64,000 bases of DNA, taken from NCBI GenBank assembly GCA_017454525.1, contig JAFTCT010000081.1, forward strand, positions 3,036 through 67,035. Reading direction: 5' to 3'. This document shows, piece by piece, positions 62,063 to 64,000 of this stretch. The notes below the pieces were generated by a model. The model did not search any database. It saw only the letters and a list, made by a program, of their open reading frames with translations, and was not told the origin of the DNA. Made by a program: the position numbers and the translations under genes. Numbering within the stretch: the stretch's first letter is position 1; each line of letters starts with the position of its first letter. This DNA is from Clostridia bacterium (lineage in GTDB: Bacteria > Bacillota > Clostridia > Oscillospirales > CAG-272).

Positions 62063-63296
62063 TTACTGTGCAAGAACGTCGAGCAGCGCCGTCACGTCTT
62101 CAATATTGATCCCGCCGCTTCCGTTCACGTCGCAGAGGTCATTTTTATAAAAGGCTCCGGAAGACAGGCGGTCGAGCAGCGCGGTGACGTCGGAGATCCC
62201 GACCGCTTTGTCGCAGTCAAGGTCGTAACCGAGATAATGCCGCGGCAGACGGCAATCGCGGCAGACGCCGTTTTCAAAAGTGTGGCTGCCGTTCGTGCCG
62301 ACGCGTGTTTCGTACGTATATCCGTCCAGGATGAACGCACAGAACGCTTCCGCCAGCAGCTCGTGCCCTTCTTCATTCGGATGGACGCCGTCGCTCATCA
62401 GTGCGTATACGTTGTTGTCCTCAGGACTGCGATAATACAAACCGCTGAACATATTGGCGTCAAAAACCGGAACGTCGTACTCCGCGCAGATCTCCATGAG
62501 GGCCGTACAGTATTCCCGCAGGGTATATCCGAAAACGTTCAGCTTGTCCGGATCCCAGTGAAATACGTTCGAAACAGAAAAATTGCGCGAACTGACCGTC
62601 ATCGTCGAAAAGATGAATTCCTTGTTCTCAAAGCCTCCGGTTTGTCTGAGCGTTCTGATCTTTTCACACCAGTCCCTGACGGCGCCACGGTAAGTGGTGT
62701 CGGTGCTGTCCGGGTCCCCGAGATCACAGCAGTTGAAGGAAGCGTCGTAATAATTCGGGTTCCCTTTGTAGGAACCGTTTTTTTACGGCTTTGTTATAGT
62801 CGTTGATGCCGAGCATGATCGTGATGACGTCGCCGTTTTTGACCTTTTCCATTGTCAGCGTTTTGTTGAACGGACCGAGCCCGTACTGACAGATGCAGGA
62901 ACCGTTTATCGCGAGGTTTGTGACCGATGCGTCAAGGATCCGACCCATGACGTCGGGGTAACCGTTGGACAGCGCGTTGTATCCGACCGTGATGCTGTCC
63001 CCGATCGTGACGAGCGTTTTGCCCGCGTATTCGTCGGCGGGGCGGGGATTTGAAACAAGGATCCTGTCCGGATCGCCGGAAATGAGGGTGTTCCGGTATT
63101 GCGCTTCCCCGCAGAGCGTGCAGACGCGTTCGTCCAGTCCTTTGGATGCGCACGTCGGCGCCGAGACCTCGACCCATTCGTTGAATACGTGGCTGTGACC
63201 GTTTTCCGCCGACCCGGCGTAATGCAGCGGCATACCGAGCGCCAGAAGCGAAACAAGGAACAGCAAAACCGGTTTTTTTACAGAAGAATTGAACAT
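62063..63296 (-). pseudogene. SGNH/GDSL esterase with signal peptide, one 'PAxGH'-type Cys unit and C-terminal dockerin, disrupted by a +1 nt frameshift in an A7 tract
   Basis: The N-terminal ORF (63296-62724) has a signal peptide, GHSH...C...C-x2-CG, block I IGDSIT and block III GINDY. The C-terminal ORF (62602-62063) has block V DGVHPNEEGH and the EF-hand pair DLDCDKAVGISD / DVNGSGGINIED. The frames join if the T7 run at 62778-62784 were T6. Confidence 0.8.
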
Positions 63297-63301
63297 CTTT
63301 T

Positions 63302-64000
63302 TTATTCTTCTCCCGCCTTGAAGTTGTAGATCGGTTTGATCGTATCGAGGACGTCGACGGTATCGCCGATATTGCAGATGATATCGTGAATGGATTTATA
63401 CGCCATCGGGCACTCGTCAAGCGTCTGCCGGTTCACGGAAGTCGTATAGATCCCTTCCATCTGCTTTTTGTATTCCGAGACCGTGAACGTTTCCTTTGCC
63501 CGGGAGCGCGACATCAGCCGTCCCGCGCCGTGCGGTGCGGAGCAGTTCCACTCGGGGTTGCCTTTACCGCGGCAGATCAGACTGCCGTCGCGCATATTGA
63601 TCGGAATGAGCAGTATTTCGCCTTCCTTTGCCGAGACGGCGCCTTTGCGCAGGATCATCGATTCCGTATCGATATAGTTGTGGACCGTGGTGAACTGTTC
63701 CGCCGCATGCAGTCCGAGTCCTTTCAGGATATCCGCCATCATCGCCTGACGGTTGAGCAGCGCGAAATGCTGTACGATCTTCATATCATGAATATACTGC
63801 CCGAACAGTTCTCCTTCGCAGAAAGCGAGTTCCTTCGGTATATTCGTGGTTTTGACGCTGCAGAGTTTTTTGATTTCCGTTTCGATCTGCTTCTGCTTTC
63901 CTTCAGCTTTTAACCGGTCGACTAAGGCCCTGATCTCCTCGTTTGAGCATCTGTTCAAGCGCTTGTACGCTTCATTCTGGTAATAGGTCGCGACCTCCAG
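63302..64000 (-). CDS. rtcB: RNA ligase RtcB, C-terminal part (start beyond window edge)
   Basis: CSAPHGAGR active-site region and C-terminal DECPMAYKSI. The frame is open to the 3' edge of the window. Confidence 0.85.
   Translation of the reverse strand: MEVATYYQNEAYKRLNRCSNEEIRALVDRLKAEGKQKQIETEIKKLCSVKTTNIPKELAFCEGELFGQYIHDMKIVQHFALLNRQAMMADILKGLGLHAAEQFTTVHNYIDTESMILRKGAVSAKEGEILLIPINMRDGSLICRGKGNPEWNCSAPHGAGRLMSRSRAKETFTVSEYKKQMEGIYTTSVNRQTLDECPMAYKSIHDIICNIGDTVDVLDTIKPIYNFKAGEE

Overview
This 64 kb window looks like a high-GC Clostridia chromosome, probably an Oscillospiraceae/Ruminococcaceae-type gut anaerobe (inference from gene content, dockerin modules and Gram-positive sigma-A promoters). 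Most of it is ordinary housekeeping. On the + strand: pck 3' end, ispA-tlyA-nadK-argR-recN, tyrS, murB, whiA, dnaE, a class A PBP, a DD-carboxypeptidase and pgi. On the - strand: glnS, gltX, tcdA, topB, upp, aspS, tRNA-Trp, degV, yloV, acpP, plsX and the rtcB 3' end. I found no CRISPR array, integrase, transposase, prophage, toxin-antitoxin pair or recognisable defence or biosynthetic cluster. The accessory content is mainly cell-surface or secreted proteins. (i) At 19.7-31.4 kb there is a stand-alone mini P-loop protein and a 9% Cys protein. These are followed by four co-directional exported proteins: a phosphodiester-glycosidase lipoprotein, an LRR-dockerin-SGNH esterase, a CotH lipoprotein and a dockerin protein with tandem OB-like modules. 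(ii) At 40.7-43.4 kb there are two paralogous tail-anchored jelly-roll proteins, one with a (Pro-Thr)x40 linker. (iii) At 58-63.3 kb there is a non-canonical plsX operon, a leaderless DUF11-like protein, paralogous membrane proteins, and an SGNH-dockerin gene broken by a frameshift in an A7 tract. The most unusual items are four. First, a recurring His/Cys3 'PAxGH' extracellular repeat is shared by three exported proteins. Second, four dockerin-like modules occur with no cohesin in the window. Third, the 52.46-52.70 kb intergenic region is highly structured. Fourth, the homopolymer frameshift at 62778-62784. I cannot identify a complete novel multi-gene system, and the candidates are listed with modest scores. 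Every call rests on by-eye motif recognition in the ORF translations and manual inspection of the DNA. No searches were run.
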